Translations under genes and position numbers: made by a program
Source: Pristiophorus japonicus
Lineage: Eukaryota
DNA: 64,000 nucleotides
Direction of reading: 5' to 3'
NCBI RefSeq assembly: GCF_044704955.1
Contig: NC_091978.1
Span: 17,670,001-17,734,000, forward strand
The notes under the pieces: generated by a model
The model's database searches: none
Seen by the model: the letters and a program-made list of their open reading frames with translations, nothing else
Told to the model about the DNA's origin: nothing
Shown here: one piece after another, positions 12,415 to 24,871 of the stretch
How the letters are laid out: each line of letters begins with the position of its first letter
Position numbering within the stretch: the first letter of the stretch is position 1

Positions 12415-13840
12415 GCATTCTTGGGCATCGCTGGCAAGGCCAGCATTTATTGCCCATCCCGAATTGCCTTGGTGAACCACCTTCTTGATCCGCTGCAGTC
12501 CGTGTGGTGAAGGTATTCCCAAAGTGCTGTTAGGGAGAGAGTTCCAGGATTTTGACCCAGCGACGATGAAGGAACGGGCAATATATTTCCAAGTCAGGAT
12601 GGTGTGTGACTTGGAAGGGAACTTGGAGCTGGTGGTGCTCCCATGTGCCTGCTTCCCTTGTCTTTCGAGGTGGTAGAGGTCGCGGGTTTGGGAGATGTTG
12701 AAAAAGCCTTGGCGAGTTGCTGCAGTGCAACTTGTGGATGGTACACACTGCAACCACAGTGCGCCGGTGGTGGAGGGAGTGAATGTTGAAGGTGGTGGAT
12801 GGGGTGCCGATCAAGTGGGCTGCTGTGCCCTGGATGGTGTCGAGCTTCTTGAGTGTTGTTGGAGTTGCACTCACCCAGGAAAGTACTCTATCACACTCCG
12901 AGAGACAAGTGCTTTGTAGATGGTGGAAAGTGAGTCAGGAGGTAAGACACTCGCTGCAGAATACTGTAAGGTTTACACATTTCATGATCAAGGCACAGCA
13001 AGAGGCCATGGGCTAAAATGCTTTAAAGAAAACCTGTGGGATTGTTGGCGGGAGAAAGAATGCCAGACCGGGGCAGGTGGTGACTTTTAACTGATTAATG
13101 CAAATTCTGCAGTCAGGAGCGAGACCTGATTAACATCGAGACAAAGAGTTTTGATATAATTAAGCAGAGGAGCCCATGGATTCATTGGCCGGAGGGGAAA
13201 AACCAGTTCCCTATGAAAACTACAAGTCTGCAAAAACCCAGGACAACAAAGGATCCCACAATGCGTGCATTTTTGGACAACGGGGCACAAAAGATAAGGA
13301 GTTATCTTTGCCCTGTCGATTCCGTGTGCGAATTGTGGCCATCTAAACAGATCCAGGCCCATCATCACAGCCATCGAGACTCATCCAGATGCATTAACTA
13401 AAAGCAGCCCAGTAGGAGATGTATATAATCAAATGGATATATATCTAAGAGCTGAGAACAAGAACTCGGAACAACAGGAAGAAGGAAGAAAAAACAGCTC
13501 AGGGGAACCGGTGAAAGAAACACCTCAGAACAGCAGGAAAAAGGAACAACGACCATGAAACAAGCAGCCGGTCCCAACACCTTCACTAGCTCGACAACAG
13601 CAGCAACTGGCTGGATGGGTGATTGTATGTCTTCGATCAATCTCTAAGAAGTCTGGCTCTGTAATTTTTAGTTGTTTTTGTGTAATAAACTAACAGTTGG
13701 GTTTATGCCGAAACTTTGCGTTACGTGGAGTCCTTCATGTTATTCCCGAGGTCTATGAATCAAAGTAGAGTGGGAAACGAACACCATACAGTACCCAGCC
13801 TCTGACCTGCTCTAGTAGCCACGGCATTTATGTAGCTGGA
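12415..13840 (-). mobile_element. 3' fragment of CR1-group LINE family B, interrupted by the solo LTR at 12965-13790
   Basis: TTLKKLDTIQ..HSLHHRRTV motif; collinear with 42938-43530. Confidence 0.85.
12965..13790 (+). mobile_element. Solo LTR (826 bp)
   Basis: TGTAAGG...CCATACA termini; 4-bp TSD ATAC/GTAC; AATAAA at ~13684. Removing it restores the LINE sequence cagaatacccagcctctgacc seen at ~43477. Confidence 0.8.
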
Positions 13841-13849
13841 CTTCACGCT

Positions 13850-14046
13850 CTCTGTAACCCTGCGATCCACTGTCCCCACGCCCCCCATGATCTCTCTGTC
13901 GTACTCCGAGGCCCAAGCCAGCCAGCCCCAATATCACCTTGCTCAGTACCTGTACCATCCAATTTAACGTGACCCCTCGTCCGGAAAAATCCCTTATCCA
14001 GAACAGGCCAGGTCCCGAGGGTTCCGGATAAGGGAGGATCAACCTG
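13850..14046. mobile_element. Partial Tc1/mariner (Tigger/pogo-like) MITE, one terminus
   Basis: Ends ccggataagggaggatcaacctg with an internal cccttatcc inverted copy; similar architecture to 14238-14735. Confidence 0.45.
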
Positions 14047-14237
14047 CACTGAATTAAATATTGGAAAGTTATGAAGGGGATTCATGAGGTTGATCCGAGC
14101 CAACAATTCACTGTGATAAAAGTTTAGACACTCAAGTTAAAGGTAAGGAAGTTGGAAGCAGGAAAGGAAGTCAGACACTATTCATCCTAAAGGGTATTAG
14201 TGTTGTGGAATAAGCTACCAAGGAAGCCATTAAAGTA

Positions 14238-14735
14238 CAGGTACAACGGCTCAAATCCGGCAATCTCGGGACTGAGGCCGTGCCGGTTTTCGTATTTTTC
14301 CTGCTTTTAAGTCGGACATTGAAATGGCTTAGCATAACCAAAGCGTGTGAGTCAGGTCAAGTCAGGCCGGGTCGAGGGGAGTACATGGGTCAGGTCAGGC
14401 ATGGTCGCACATGACTCAGGTCAGGTCGGGCCGGGTCGAGGGGAGCACATGGGTCAGGTCAGGCCAGGTCGCATGTGACTCAGGTCAGGTCGGGCCAGGT
14501 CGCATGTGACTCAGGTCAGGCCGGGCTGGGTTGAGGGGAGCACTTGGGTCAGGTCGGGTCAGGTCGCATGTGACTCAGGTCAGGTCGGGCTGGGTCGGGT
14601 CAAGGATCATTCAGCAAGGCTCGGACAATGATTCTGGATTCCGGACTACTCAATCTGAAAAGCGCTTTTCTCAAAAATGTCCGGTTTTTGGACAATCCTG
14701 CTTTTCGGAACTCCGGATTCGAGATGTTGTACCTG
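14238..14735. mobile_element. Tc1/mariner-type (Tigger/pogo-like) MITE with an internal GGTCA minisatellite
   Basis: TA|CAGGTACAAC..AATCCGG and CCGGATT..GTTGTACCTG|TA give TIRs with a TA TSD; inserted in a CR1 3' fragment. Confidence 0.85.
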
Positions 14736-14865
14736 TATACAGTTAAAGAGGCAACTGATTCTGGGGTGGAAAGAAATTGAGGGCTGTAACAATACTTGCA
14801 TTTATATATCACCTTTCACGTGGGAAAACATCACACGGTGCTTTAGAGAAGAGCAATAAGACAAA

Positions 14866-15613
14866 GGGCTCAATTTTCTCCAAAGCTGATTTTTGGCATA
14901 CTTGAAGAGTTACGCCTGTTTATTTGGGGCCCAACTACGTCAAAAAAAAAATCAGCCAACTTTCCCCGTTTGAATTGTTGATTTTGGCGCCGCCTAGCCT
15001 GTCCTTTAGCTTTGGGGGTGGAGCCGAACATCTGCGCCAAAAAGATCGGGTTGCCAGGGTAACGAGGGACACACTGCGGGCTGAGGCTGGAAAGTGAAAC
15101 GTACAACACATTCTGGCCAGCTCACAGCAACCTGTACACACGCACCTTGCACACTGTAGCAACTTACCAGCATTAAATTATTAGAGTTTATGCCAAAAGT
15201 CGATCCCTCCCTCCTCCCTCCCCGCACTCCCAACTCCCGGCGTCAGTTGCCACTCCTAACCCTACCCAAAAGGCCACCACCGCCCCCCCACCCTTCCCTC
15301 TCCCCCCCCTCTCCTCTCTCCCCCTCGCTGCTGCTGCTGTCTGGGCCGTGGAACTGCACCTGCTGCGCTGATTCTTTTACCTGCGTCAATTTTGTTAACT
15401 GCCCAGATTTTTCCAGAGTGGTCACATACGCCTCCCTAAGAAAAACTGGAGTAAATCGGAGCTGGCCAAACTTGCTTAAATGGCCAGAAATCGTACCTAA
15501 GTGAATTACGCTAGCGCAGAAACTTTGGGGAAACTTGGAGATTTGAATTTATTGCAAAAGAAAAATGGTGCACACCAGAAAAACGATGCAGATAATTGGG
15601 GAACATTAAGCCC
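14866..15613. mobile_element. Harbinger-like MITE
   Basis: Imperfect TIRs GGGCTCAATTTTCTCCAA / TTGGGGAACATTAAGCCC; interrupts an L2 3' tail. Confidence 0.75.
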
Positions 15614-15711
15614 AATAAATGGACAGTATGCCAAATCATGAGATTCAGGGGGTCGAGAAAAATGCTTGTTCAAAGAGGTGGGTTTTAAGAAGGATCTTAA
15701 TGGAGGACATC

Positions 15712-17947
15712 GGGCTAGAACCTCCACTTTCTTTGTATGCTTAACGCCCACTTAACGGCTATTTTACCGCTGAAATTACATATAATGCCCATATATCGCC
15801 CATTTTGGTACAAAATGGAAACTTGCTGGCATTTTTCGGAAACTTATCGCCGAGCGTTACTTTCCGCACGGATTTAACACCGAGATTCAATATTAACACC
15901 CGTCCACTTTTTTTTGTCGTAAAGAGCATATTTACCAAAACTAGCGGCCATGAGATCGCCCAGCGTCAATTTCACCACCTCGCACACAAATCGCCCACAA
16001 TATCGCTCGCCCAAAAAAACGCCCACAAAAAGTGGAACTAACCGGAACTAATCACAGCATTATGGACACCATGTTCTAGATCACATGTAGCGTCCTTTAA
16101 AACACTGCTGTGCTTCAACCTCGGGGGAGTTCGGATGTACTCTGCACATCATTGGAGTTGATGTGAACATCTGTAAAAACATCTTGACCACATTGTGACC
16201 GATTGGAACTGAAGAGGTGTCTTCGCCAGGACATTCCTTGTTTGTGACCAATCGGTGCCAAACAGAGAGCTACTGCAATGGGGCCTGTCCTTTCTCACCA
16301 TCTCTTGGTGACCAAATACATGCAGCAGACTCGACATCGCCGAAGGAACGCTCCACTGCATTATGTGCCCAATGTAAGACGTGACAGACAGATGAGGAAG
16401 ACCAGACGTTGCACCCACCGCAAGTACAGGGAGAAGCATTCTTACCTCAACTTGCCCGACACCACCTGCCTTCGGTGGCTGCGCTTCCACAAAGAGGTTA
16501 TCACTGAGGTATGCCAGCTGATAAGGGCAGATCTGCAGCCTGCCAGCACCATCAGTACTGCACTGTCCATTAATGTTTAGGTCAAAGTCACCACGGCACT
16601 GTCGTTCTATGCCTCGGGTTCTTTTCAGGCCACAGCTGGCGACATTTGCGGACTTTCTCAGCATGCCACACATCGCTACATTAGACAGGTCACTAATCCC
16701 TGTATGAACACAGGAGGGACTTGATCAGCTTCCCTATGACCAGGGCGGCACAGAGTGAGAGGGCTCTAGGTTTCTCCAGAATTGCAAACTTCCTCAAGGT
16801 GCAGGGAGCAATAGACTGTACTCACATCGCGATGCGGACACCTTTTCAGGATGCTAAGGTTTTCAGGAACCGCAAGGGATTCCACTCCCTGATTGTGGAC
16901 CACCAGCACATTATACTGGCAGTGAATGCTCAATTTCCGGGCAACATCCATGATGCTCACATCCTGCGTGAGAACACTGTATCTGACTTGTTTAACAATG
17001 AGCCACAAGGTCAATGCTGGAGGCTTGGGGACAAAGGATACGGCCTCGCCACCTGGCTGATGACACCCCCTGTGTGAGACCCACACCGAAGTCGAGAGAC
17101 GATACAACAAGAGACACAGAGCAACTCGCAATAGAGTGGAGAAAACCATTGGAGTGCTGAAGCAACGCTTTAGATGCCTGGACCACTCAGGAGGCGAGCT
17201 CCAATACCACCCTGAGCAGGTAGCTCAATTCATGGTGATGTGCTCCATGCTACACAACTTCACTATCAGGAGGGGACAAGAATTGCCTGATGAGTCTGAC
17301 AGTCCACCTCACCAGAGAGAGGAAGAGGAGGACGAGGTGGAGAATGCTGGCATCAGCCCAGACAATCAGGCTGACTGCTGAAGCCATGCCCCCGCTCCCC
17401 TGTAGACCGCATGAAAGGACCTGTGGTAGCATGATAGCTGCAAGAGCCTTACGTCAGGAGCTCATCAATGATTGCTTTGCCTGAAAGAATGTTGGTGTTA
17501 TTTATAAGGGTGATACACTGCTGGGTGTGCAAGTCATACATCAATGGTGGGCATCACCTTGGTGACAGTTAAAGTTTAAGCTGATTGAAGTTAAGTGTGA
17601 TTATACCCTTTGATGTTAAGGAATCACCAGCGTGTAATGGTGCAGCTATCTGAGCCAACGTGCTACAAGGTTCTGCGCATGTCATGATGACCCTTGAACT
17701 CCTGAATCACGGGAATCGAGCGTTGCCATGACGTTGCTAAGGACGGCCACACTTTACGGCAGAAGGTCAAAAAATTTAACACTACCGTTCATTTGATAAC
17801 GCTCGTGGTAACGCCCATTTTCAAAAATGGAAACTAGGTATTTTGAGAATGGGTGAGAAGCCGGCAATCTGAAAACCCTTTTTAAACGCCCACGCCGGAA
17901 ATAACGCCCATTTATGGGCGATAAGCACAAAAGTGGAGGTTCTACCC
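15712..17947 (+). mobile_element. PIF/Harbinger DNA transposon (2.2 kb)
   Basis: TIRs GGGCTAGAACCTCCACTTT / AAAGTGGAGGTTCTACCC, subterminal (a/t)cgccca repeats, internal transposase. Confidence 0.92.
16278..17484 (+). pseudogene. Harbinger (HARBI1-like) DDE transposase, disrupted
   Basis: FYASGSFQ..GD..GLSQ, GAIDCTHI, NRKGFHS, FPGNIHDAHIL, LGDKGY, EKTIGVLKQRFRCL motifs; stop at 16578-16580 and frameshifts near 16700 and 17070. Confidence 0.92.
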
Positions 17948-17974
17948 ATGGAGTTTAGGAAGAAAATTCCAGAG

Positions 17975-19268
17975 CAACAACAACTTGTATTTATATAGTG
18001 CCTTGAATGTAGTAAAATGTCCCAAGGCACTTCACAGGACTCTTATAAGACAAAAAAAAAATTGACACTGAGCCAGGTAAGAAATTACCGCAGGTGACCA
18101 AAAGCTTGGTCAAAGAGGTAGGTTTTAAGGAGCATTTTGAAGGAGGAGAGAGAGGTAGAGAAGTGGAGAGGCAGAGAGGTTTAGGCAGAGAGTTCCAGAG
18201 CTTAGGGGCCTAGGCAACAGAAGGCACGGCCACCAATGGTTGAGCGATTATAATCAGGAATGCTCAAGAGGGCAGAATTTGAGGAGCACAGATATCTTGG
18301 GGGTTGTGAGGCTGAAGGATATTACAGAGAAAGGGAGGGGCGAGGCCATGGATGGATTTGTAAACAAGGATGAAAATTTTGAAACCGAGGCGTTGCTTAA
18401 CCGGAAGCCAATGTAATGAGCGAGCACAGTATGCCAGTGCAGCCTTCGGTTGCCTGAGGAAGAGAGTGTTTAAATACCAGAACCTCAAACCCAGCACCAA
18501 GCTCATCGTCTACAGAGCAGTGGTGATACCTGCCATCCTATATGGCTTAGAGACATGGACTATGTACAGCAGGCACCTCAAAATGCTGGAGAAGTACCAC
18601 CAACGCTGCCTCCGCAAGATCCTGCATATCCATTGGCAGGATAGGCGCACCAACGTCAGTGTTCTCACCAAGGCCAACATCCCCAGCATCGATGCACTGA
18701 CCACGCTTGATCAGCTCCGCTGGAGAGGCCACATCGCCCACATGCCTGACATGAGACTCCCAAAACAAGCGCTCTACTCGGAGCTCCGACAGGTGGGCAG
18801 AAGAAACGCTTCAAGGACACCTTCAAAGCCTCCTTGAAAAAATGTAACATCCCCATCGACACGTGGGAATCGCTGACCCAAGACTGCTCAAAGTGAGGGA
18901 AAAGTATCTGGGAAGGCGCTGAACATCTCGAGTCCCTTCGCCGTGAGCAAGCTCAAGCCAAGCGTCGACAGCGGAAGGAGCGCATGGCAACCCAGACACC
19001 CCACCCACCTGTTCCTTCAACCACTGTTTGCCCCACATGTAACAGAGACTGTAGGTTCAGCATTGGACTCTTCAGTCACCTGAGAACTCATTTATCGTGT
19101 GGAAGCAAGTCATCCTCGACTCCTATGATGATGGGTGAACGGGACCTAGTGCAAGTTAGGACACAGGCTGCTGAGTTTTGGTTGACCTCAAGTTTATATA
19201 GGGTAGAATGTGGTAGGCCGGCCAGGAGTACGTTGGAGTAGTCAAGTTTAGAGGTAACAAAGGCTTGG
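17975..19268 (-). mobile_element. L2 LINE 3' end, interrupted by an RTE insertion
   Basis: AFVTSKLDYSNVLLAGLP..QNSAA and LHWLPVKQRLGFKI motifs; (TTG)n tail. Confidence 0.85.
18429..19131 (+). mobile_element. RTE-clade LINE 3' fragment
   Basis: TKLIVYRAVVIPAILYGLETWT, HQRCLRKIL, QLRWRGH, C-terminal CPTC..GLFSHLRTH zinc finger, (ATG)n tail. Confidence 0.9.
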
Positions 19269-19569
19269 AACTTAGGTAGATGAAGGCACGGCTGCCAATG
19301 GTGGGCCGAAGGGAAGGGAGATGCACAAGAGGTCAGAATCGAAGGAATTCCTGGGGGGGTTGTAGGGCTGGAGGAGGTGACAGGGATAGGTAGGGACAAG
19401 GTTATGAAGGAATTTAAACACAAAGATGAGCATGTTAAATTGGAGGTGTTGGGAGACGAGGAGACAATATAGGTCAGCCAGGTCAGGAGTGAGCAGGATT
19501 TGTTGTAAGATTGGAAAACAAGCAGCAGAGTTTTGGATGAGCATGGAAGATGAGAGGTTGGCGAAGAGA

Positions 19570-20127
19570 ACATAAGAACATAAGAAATAGGAGCAGGCAT
19601 AGGCCATTTGGCCCCTCGAGCCAGTTCCGCCATTCAATAAGATCATGGCTGATCTGATCTTGACCTTAACTCCACTTCCTTGCCCGCCTCCCATAACTTA
19701 TTACTCCCTTTATAATTCAAAAATCTGTCTATCTCCACCTTGAATATACTCAATGACCCAGCCTCCACAGCTCTCTGCGGTAGATTAATCTACAGATTCA
19801 CAACCCTCAGAGAGAAGAAATTCCTCCTAGTCTCCATTTTAATGGGCGACCCCTTATTCTGAAACTATGCCCCCCAGTTCTAGATTCCCCCAAGAGGAGG
19901 AAACATCCTATCTGCATCTATCCTGTCGAGCCCCCTCAGGATCTTATACATTTCAATAAGATCACCTCTCATTCTTCTAAACTCCAATGCGATAAGGCCC
20001 AACCTGCTCAACCTTTCTTCATAAGACAACCCCTTCACCTCAGGAATCAACCTCGTGAACCTTCTCTCAACTGCCTCCAAGTATATCCTTCCTGAAATAA
20101 GGAGACCAAAACTGTATACAGTACTTC
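19570..20127 (-). mobile_element. CR1 3' fragment within older L2 remnants (~19272-19568 and ~20130-20900)
   Basis: RRFTRLIP..LEFRRMRGDLIE; tail reads aacataagaacataaga on +. Confidence 0.88.
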
Positions 20128-21171
20128 AGAACATTGTAATAGTCGAATCTTGAGGTGAGAAAGTCATGAAAGGGCATTTCAGTAGCTGCTAGGCTGAGGC
20201 ATGAAAGGAGACTGGAGATGTTATGAATGTAGAAGTAGGCAGACTTTGCGATCGAGTAGATATGGGGTCAGCAGCTCAGCACGGGGTCAAATAGGACACT
20301 GAGGTTGCGGATAGTCTGTTTCAACCTGACAGTGGCAAGGGAGGGGGATGGAAGCCACGGCAAGGGTGCAGTAGAGGAAATTGTGTTTCATCGAAAATGG
20401 GATGTCAGGGAAGCAGTCTGATAAACACAGAGGCAGTGCAGAGTTGTAGGAGTGGTAGAGCTGGAAACTGACTTTATGTCTTCACATGGTGTGGCAAATG
20501 GGCAGCATGTAATAGGAGAGGGCCAAGGATAGATCCTTGTACGGGCTGCAGAGGTAATGGTATGGAGCAGGAAGGGAAGCCATTAATGGAGATGCTCTGG
20601 CTACGAATGAATAAGAACGAGGATATTCCTCTGAGCTGGACAATGGAGGAGAGGCTTGGGATGAGGATGGCTTAATTGACTTTGTCAGGTCGAGGTGGGC
20701 GATGAAGGACAATATATCACGGTCACAATCACAGAGGATGTCATCTGTGAATTTGATTAGGGCCGCTTTGGTGCCTTGGTAGGAGTGAAAGCCTGATTGC
20801 AGACATTCACACATGGAGTTGTGGGGAAAGATGCGTACTTGGGAGGTGACAATGTGTTCAAAGACTTTGGAGAAGGGTGATTGGAGCTGGGAAAATACTT
20901 TCAATATGGTAAGAAGGTGGGTCGGTTGAGATTTATCAAAAAGTAATTACCTATTTGCACCAAATGGCTTTTCCTGTTCTTCAGAATTCTTATCATCTTG
21001 AGTATTTTAACATTTACAAAGACACATGTAGCAAATTTCTTCATTGATTTTCACATACAATTGAGAAAGGTTCTCATATGCACCTTGGTGTCATGCTATT
21101 CCCCTTTGTTAGTTAATATCATCCCAATATTTCAACTTTGACACCCATAAAGAATTCCTTCGGCAGTTGTA

Positions 21172-21616
21172 GAAAGCAAGAACTTGGTTCTATTCAGCAC
21201 CTTTCACATCCTCAGGACGTCCCAAAGTGCTTCACAGCCAATCAATTAGTTTTGAAGTGTAATGACCTTTGTAACGCAGCTAAGTGTGGGAACCCATTTG
21301 TGCCCAACCAGGTCCCACAATGAGTTAAATGACCAGATAATCTGTTTTTGTGATGTTGGTTGATGGATAAATATTGCCAGGACACTGGGAGCACTCCCTT
21401 GCTCTTCTTCAAATAGTGCCATGGGTTCTTTCATGCCCACCTGTGAGAGCAGACGTGTCCCCGGTTTAACGACTCATCCGAAAGACGGACCCTCCGACTT
21501 TCCTGCACTCTCTCACTGCAGTTAGCCTAAATCATGTGCTCGAATTTCTGGAGTCTCTTGGAACCCGTGACCTGGTGACTCAGAGGCGAGAGTGCCAGCA
21601 CTGAGCCATGGCTGAC
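21172..21616 (-). mobile_element. DeuSINE, diverged near full-length copy
   Basis: Reverse complement of the 9297-9738 family including the head gtcagccatggctcag. Confidence 0.75.
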
Positions 21617-22574
21617 ACCTACTAATAACATAAAACATCTTAAGAGGCTTTGCTAGCTCCTTGCTGATCTGACAGCATGGACAACCTCATTTGTGTGGCA
21701 GATGGTTCTATTTCTAACACCTTTATCATGTTTTCATTATATTTGGAATGCTCAGCTAACACAAAAGTCTTTGACTAACTATTTAAAAATGCCACAGTGC
21801 ACGTTCCTTCAAACTTGTCTAGCTCATTTCTTCATGTGGGAGTATTTAAAAACAAAAATAACCCATATAGAATCTATATTGCAGGATGTAAGGTTATATC
21901 AGATGTATTTTAGTCAAGATTCATTGAACCGTTTCCCTAACTCCAGATACCAATTGTTGAATAGAGATCTTTTAACAACACACAACTATAATAATCTCGA
22001 CTGACCAGAATGATACCAGGGCTATGGATGTTGGGGAACAATTGGATCTATCAAGACTGAGATTAATAGATTTTTGTTAGGTAAGACTGTAAAGGGAAAT
22101 GGAGCAAAGGCGGGAATATTGAGTTGAGGTACAAGTCAGTCATGATCAAACTGAATCGCGGAACAGGTCCGATGGGCTGAATGGCCGCCTCTTGTTCCTA
22201 TGACTGTGGACTCTATATTCAGAGACAAAACTGGTTCAGTGTTGCAAACTTGTCCCAGATCTTCTGCCAGTTCCGAGGGAATTTATCCAGACAGAATCAT
22301 AGAGGTTTACATAGTGGCACAAAAGGACATTCAGCCCATCATATCTGTGCCAACTGTTGGCTAGAGCAAGCTAATCTGATCCCATTGCCCTGCTCTCTCC
22401 CCATCATCCTCTCTCTTCCTCTGCTCCAAATAATTAACCAATTTTCTCTTAAAGGATTTAATAGCCTCCACCTCCTTGAGGCAAAGCATTCAATGCTTCA
22501 ACAATCAGAAATATCTCACCTCTCGCCTCTCTCACACAATAAAAGCTTTAAATTGACGCCCTCTTTGTCACTGC

Positions 22575-23077
22575 CTACCCACATTCCACCTTACGTAAAC
22601 TAGAGGTAATTCAAAACTCGGTTGCACGTGTCCTAACTCGTACCAATTCCCACTCACCCTTCACCCCTGTGCTCGCTGACCTACATTGGCTTCCAGTTCG
22701 ATTTCAAAATTCTCATCCTTATTTTCAAATCCCTCCACGGCCTCGCCGCTCCCTATCTCTGTAATCTCCTCCAGCCCCACAACCCCCCCGAGATGTCTGC
22801 ACTCCTCTAATTCTGCCCTCTTGAGCATCCCTGATTATAATCGTTCAACTATTGGTGGCCATGCCTGGACCCCAAGCTCTGGAACTCCCTGCCTAAACCT
22901 CTCCGCCTCTCTTTCCTCCTTCAAGATGCTCATTAAAAACTATCTCTTTGACCAAGCTTTTGGTCACCTGCGCTAATTTCTACTTATGCTGCACGGTGCC
23001 AAATTTTTTATCTCAGATGTGCCTTGGGACGTTTTACTAAGTTAAAGATACTCTATAAATACAAGTTGTTGTTGTTG
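22575..23077 (+). mobile_element. L2 LINE 3' end
   Basis: caaaactcgg..cctgtgctcgctgacctacattggct; tail gttgttgttgttg. Confidence 0.85.
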
Positions 23078-24624
23078 ACTCTTTAATTGGAGGGAATAGT
23101 CTTTCCCTATATACACTTTCAAAATAAATGCTATTTTGCCTCTCCCAGTTTACAGGGTGGTGGGGGGAGGGAAGTGATGTTAGAGGGAGGGAGGGAAGGG
23201 ACGGTGGGTGGAGGGGAGTCATGATGCTCTCGGAGTTCTCTGATGACTGAGGGTAGGTTGGTTGGTCACTGATTGTGACTTGTTCAGACTGTCCAGTTCA
23301 TCCATGTGCTTTATCTGATCAACATGTTTTCTGCATGTTTGCCCATTCTTGAGCTTGACAATAAACACTCTGTTACCCTCCTTGGCCGTAACAGTACCAG
23401 CGATCCACTTGAGACCTTGACCATAATTTAGGACATACACAAGATCATTAACAGAAATGTCACGTGGCGATCATGATACCACTGCTGACTTTGACGTCTG
23501 TATTCAACACGATAGTTCAAGTCAAGGTGGACAAGAGAGAGCTTGGTTTTGAGACCTCTCTTCATCAGTAGTTCAGCAGGGGAGACCCCGGTAACTATGT
23601 GGGGTCTGTAACCCCGGTAAGCATGTCGGGTTATGTCCTGTAACTAAGCAATATGCATGACAAGCGAGTCTGCAGTGAACCTTGAGTTACACGTTTCAAA
23701 CTCTGCTTGATGGTTTGGACAGCACGCTCTGCTTGACCATTAGATGTGGGTTTGAATGGTGCTGACCTCACATGTTTGATACCATTGAGTTTCTTGAACA
23801 CTTTAAACTCCAGACTAGTGAAGCAAGATCCATTACCGCTTACAACGATGTCAGGCAGATCATGAGAGGCAAACATAACACAAAGGTTCTCAATGGTAGC
23901 TGTCGTGTACTGGATGACATGATTATACACTCTATCCACTTGGAATATGCATCCACCACAACTAAAAATATCTTTCCCAGGAAGGGACCTGCAAAGTGGA
24001 TGTGGATCCTGGACCATGGTTTAGATGGCCACGACCACAGACTCAGCAGCGATTCCGCTGGTGCTTTACTTAGCTGCATGAAGGTGTTGCACTGATGCGC
24101 ACATGATTCCAGATCAGAGTCAATTCCAGGCCACCATACATGAGACCTGGAAATGGCTTTCAACATGACAATACCGGGATGAGTGCTATGTAGGTCATGT
24201 ACAAATTTCTCTCTGCCTTTCTTAGGCATAACAACACAATTACCCACAGTAAACAATCTGACTGAATGGATAGTTCATCTTTGCGACGGTTGTAAGGTTT
24301 GGTCTCATCACCCATTTGCTTGGGTATGGCAGAGCAATCACCACTAAGCACACAACATTTCACAACTGATAATATCGGGTCCTGGCTGGTCCAGGTCTCA
24401 ACTTGTTGAGCCGTGACAGGGGTTCCTTCACTTTGAAAAGCATCCATAACTAACAGTAGATCTGCAGGTTGTGGCATCTCCACCTCTGGTGTGGGCAACG
24501 GCAGACGGCTCAGTGCATCGGCACAATTCTCGGTGCCAGGTCTATAGCGAATGACATAATCGTAGGCAAATAATGTCAGCGCCCACTCCTGCATGTGGGA
24601 CAATGCATTGGTATTGATTCCTTT

Positions 24625-24871
24625 TGATATGTCCTTACTATACAGTATAAAGGCACACGAGGCCCATACTTGAGAGAAGGTCACTCTGTGGCCAGTTAAC
24701 TTTATTTCCAAGACCTCGAGTGATGAAGGTGGGTGGAGCTTCCCCTTTTATACCTGAAAGTCCAGGTTAGGAGTGTCTCCCACAAGTTCACCCCCTTGTG
24801 GTCAATGTTCTCAAGGTGTACAACTTAGGTCAACTTATACATGGGTTACAATGATAGTTGAATACATTATA
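24625..24871 (-). repeat. 3' LTR of the inner Gypsy (247 bp)
   Basis: Adjacent to the PPT (gagggggaggtga on minus); 77 bp shared with 28813-28889. Confidence 0.9.

Noticed and set aside
16278-17484. Domesticated host gene HARBI1
   Set aside because: Flanked by TIRs and disrupted by a stop and frameshifts; a decayed transposon copy.
20945-21010. Possible minus-strand exon ending at a gtaatt donor
   Set aside because: The translation does not resemble the expected DOCK exons and no convincing acceptor was found.
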